Source: Octopus bimaculoides (Eukaryota). From it: 64,000 bases of DNA. Under the pieces are notes generated by a model. The model saw only the letters and a program-made list of their open reading frames with translations. It was not told where the DNA came from and did no database searches. Both the position numbers and the translations under genes were made by a program. The stretch spans positions 145,130,404-145,194,403 of the forward strand of contig NC_068982.1 in assembly GCF_001194135.2 (NCBI RefSeq), written 5' to 3'. Positions 62,601 through 64,000 of the stretch are shown piece by piece. Every line of letters begins with the position of its first letter. Position 1 is the first letter of the stretch.

Positions 62601-63277
62601 AGCAATAATTTTCATCGAAGCACGAAGAAAAAAAAAAGGAAGAAAAGGAATATGACGAATAAAACTGTATATAAACCTTCACATAAATAACTATTTTATT
62701 GGTGGTGTTTGCAAAAAGACATATAAATGTAAATATCAAATAGATGTTATAACTTCCCTCCATTTTATTCTATGAAATCTAAGGAACGAAATAGTGTATG
62801 TGAAGAACAGTTCAGATTAATTAATGAATGAAATAAAGATAAGGAAGTTAGAGTCATTGCTAGTGGCGGAGTTGAGTGCTTCAAGAAGAACGGTGGTGGT
62901 AGTGCTTCTATGATATGCTTCTACGAAGGTAATATACCATTCTTTTGTTAACTCATCTTTATCGTAACATCTCGCAAAACACATTCTAGCACTCGCATAT
63001 ATTTTCTTTTACACGTGAATATATTTACGTATCTTTAAACATATGCTTATCTTACCCTTACATAAACAGACAGACAAAAGCATGTACAACACATACTCAC
63101 ACATATACGCATAGTTATTTATGCATAAATATATACATAATTATAATATGTATTGTATGTGCGTATAAATGCATACATACTTATATATACCTTCATGCAT
63201 ACATAAATGCATATTTGTACACACACTTACACGCATACACACACAAACACACACATGTATATATATATATGCATGTG

Positions 63278-63327
<50 letters not shown>

Positions 63328-64000
63328 CGCATATATATNNNNNNNNNNNNNNNNNNNNNNNNNNNNNNNNNNNNNNNNNNNNNNNNNNNNNNNNNNNNNN
63401 NNNNNNNNNNNNNNNNNNNNNNNNNNNNNNNNNNNNNNNNNNNNNNNNNNNNNNNNNNNNNNNNNNNNNNNNNNNNNNNNNNNNNNNNNNNNNNNNNNNN
63501 NNNNNNNNNNNNNNNNNNNNNNNNNNNNNNNNNNNNNNNNNNNNNNNNNNNNNNNNNNNNNNNNNNNNNNNNNNNNNNNNNNNNNNNNNNNNNNNNNNNN
63601 NNNNNNNNNNNNNNNNNNNNNNNNNNNNNNNNNNNNNNNNNNNNNNNNNNNNNNNNNNNNNNNNNNNNNNNNNNNNNNNNNNNNNNNNNNNNNNNNNNNN
63701 NNNNNNNNNNNNNNNNNNNNNNNNNNNNNNNNNNNNNNNNNNNNNNNNNNNNNNNNNNNNNNNNNNNNNNNNNNNNNNNNNNNNNNNNNNNNNNNNNNNN
63801 NNNNNNNNNNNNNNNNNNNNNNNNNNNNNNNNNNNNNNNNNNNNNNNNNNNNNNNNNNNNNNNNNNNNNNNNNNNNNNNNNNNNNNNNNNNNNNNNNNNN
63901 NNNNNNNNNNNNNNNNNNNNNNNNNNNNNNNNNNNNNNNNNNNNNNNNNNNNNNNNATATATGCATGTATATGGATATATGAATAGATACAGATAGGTAG

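Noticed and set aside
62846-62928. Protein-like stretch ending at a strong donor GAAG/GTAATA
   Set aside because: There is no pyrimidine-rich acceptor upstream and an in-frame stop lies close by.
1470-63996. Long ORFs in the supplied track (X-runs; [16 protein letters not shown], poly-I/L/Y)
   Set aside because: They are open only because they cross N gaps or stop-free microsatellites, so they are not genes.

Overview
Repeat-dense, AT-rich eukaryotic draft-assembly DNA with about 18 large N gaps and very abundant (TA)n, (CA)n, (AG)n, (ATT)n and (CATA)n microsatellites. The SINE, mariner and LINE repertoire points to an octopus or other coleoid cephalopod (inference from recognised repeat types, not from a search). 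No intact protein-coding gene, rRNA, true tRNA or CRISPR array is supported, and most long ORFs in the supplied track are N-gap or microsatellite artefacts. The window is intergenic or lies in a very long intron. It is built from: two tRNA-derived SINE families (here A and B, over 25 copies or fragments); decayed non-LTR retrotransposon fragments (RTE x2, restriction-like-endonuclease R4/NeSL-type x3, CR1/L2-like endonuclease, one further RT); and Tc1/mariner relics and MITEs. The most notable structure is a 2.1-kb element (5676-7787) that carries only a decayed Tx1/L1-like ORF1 with a zinc knuckle and no ORF2. It sits inside the tRNA head of a SINE and is flanked by an exact 14-bp target-site duplication. 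Other notable items are a heterodimeric SINE bounded by a 13-bp TSD and several short templated or fold-back insertions that look like template-switch repair scars.
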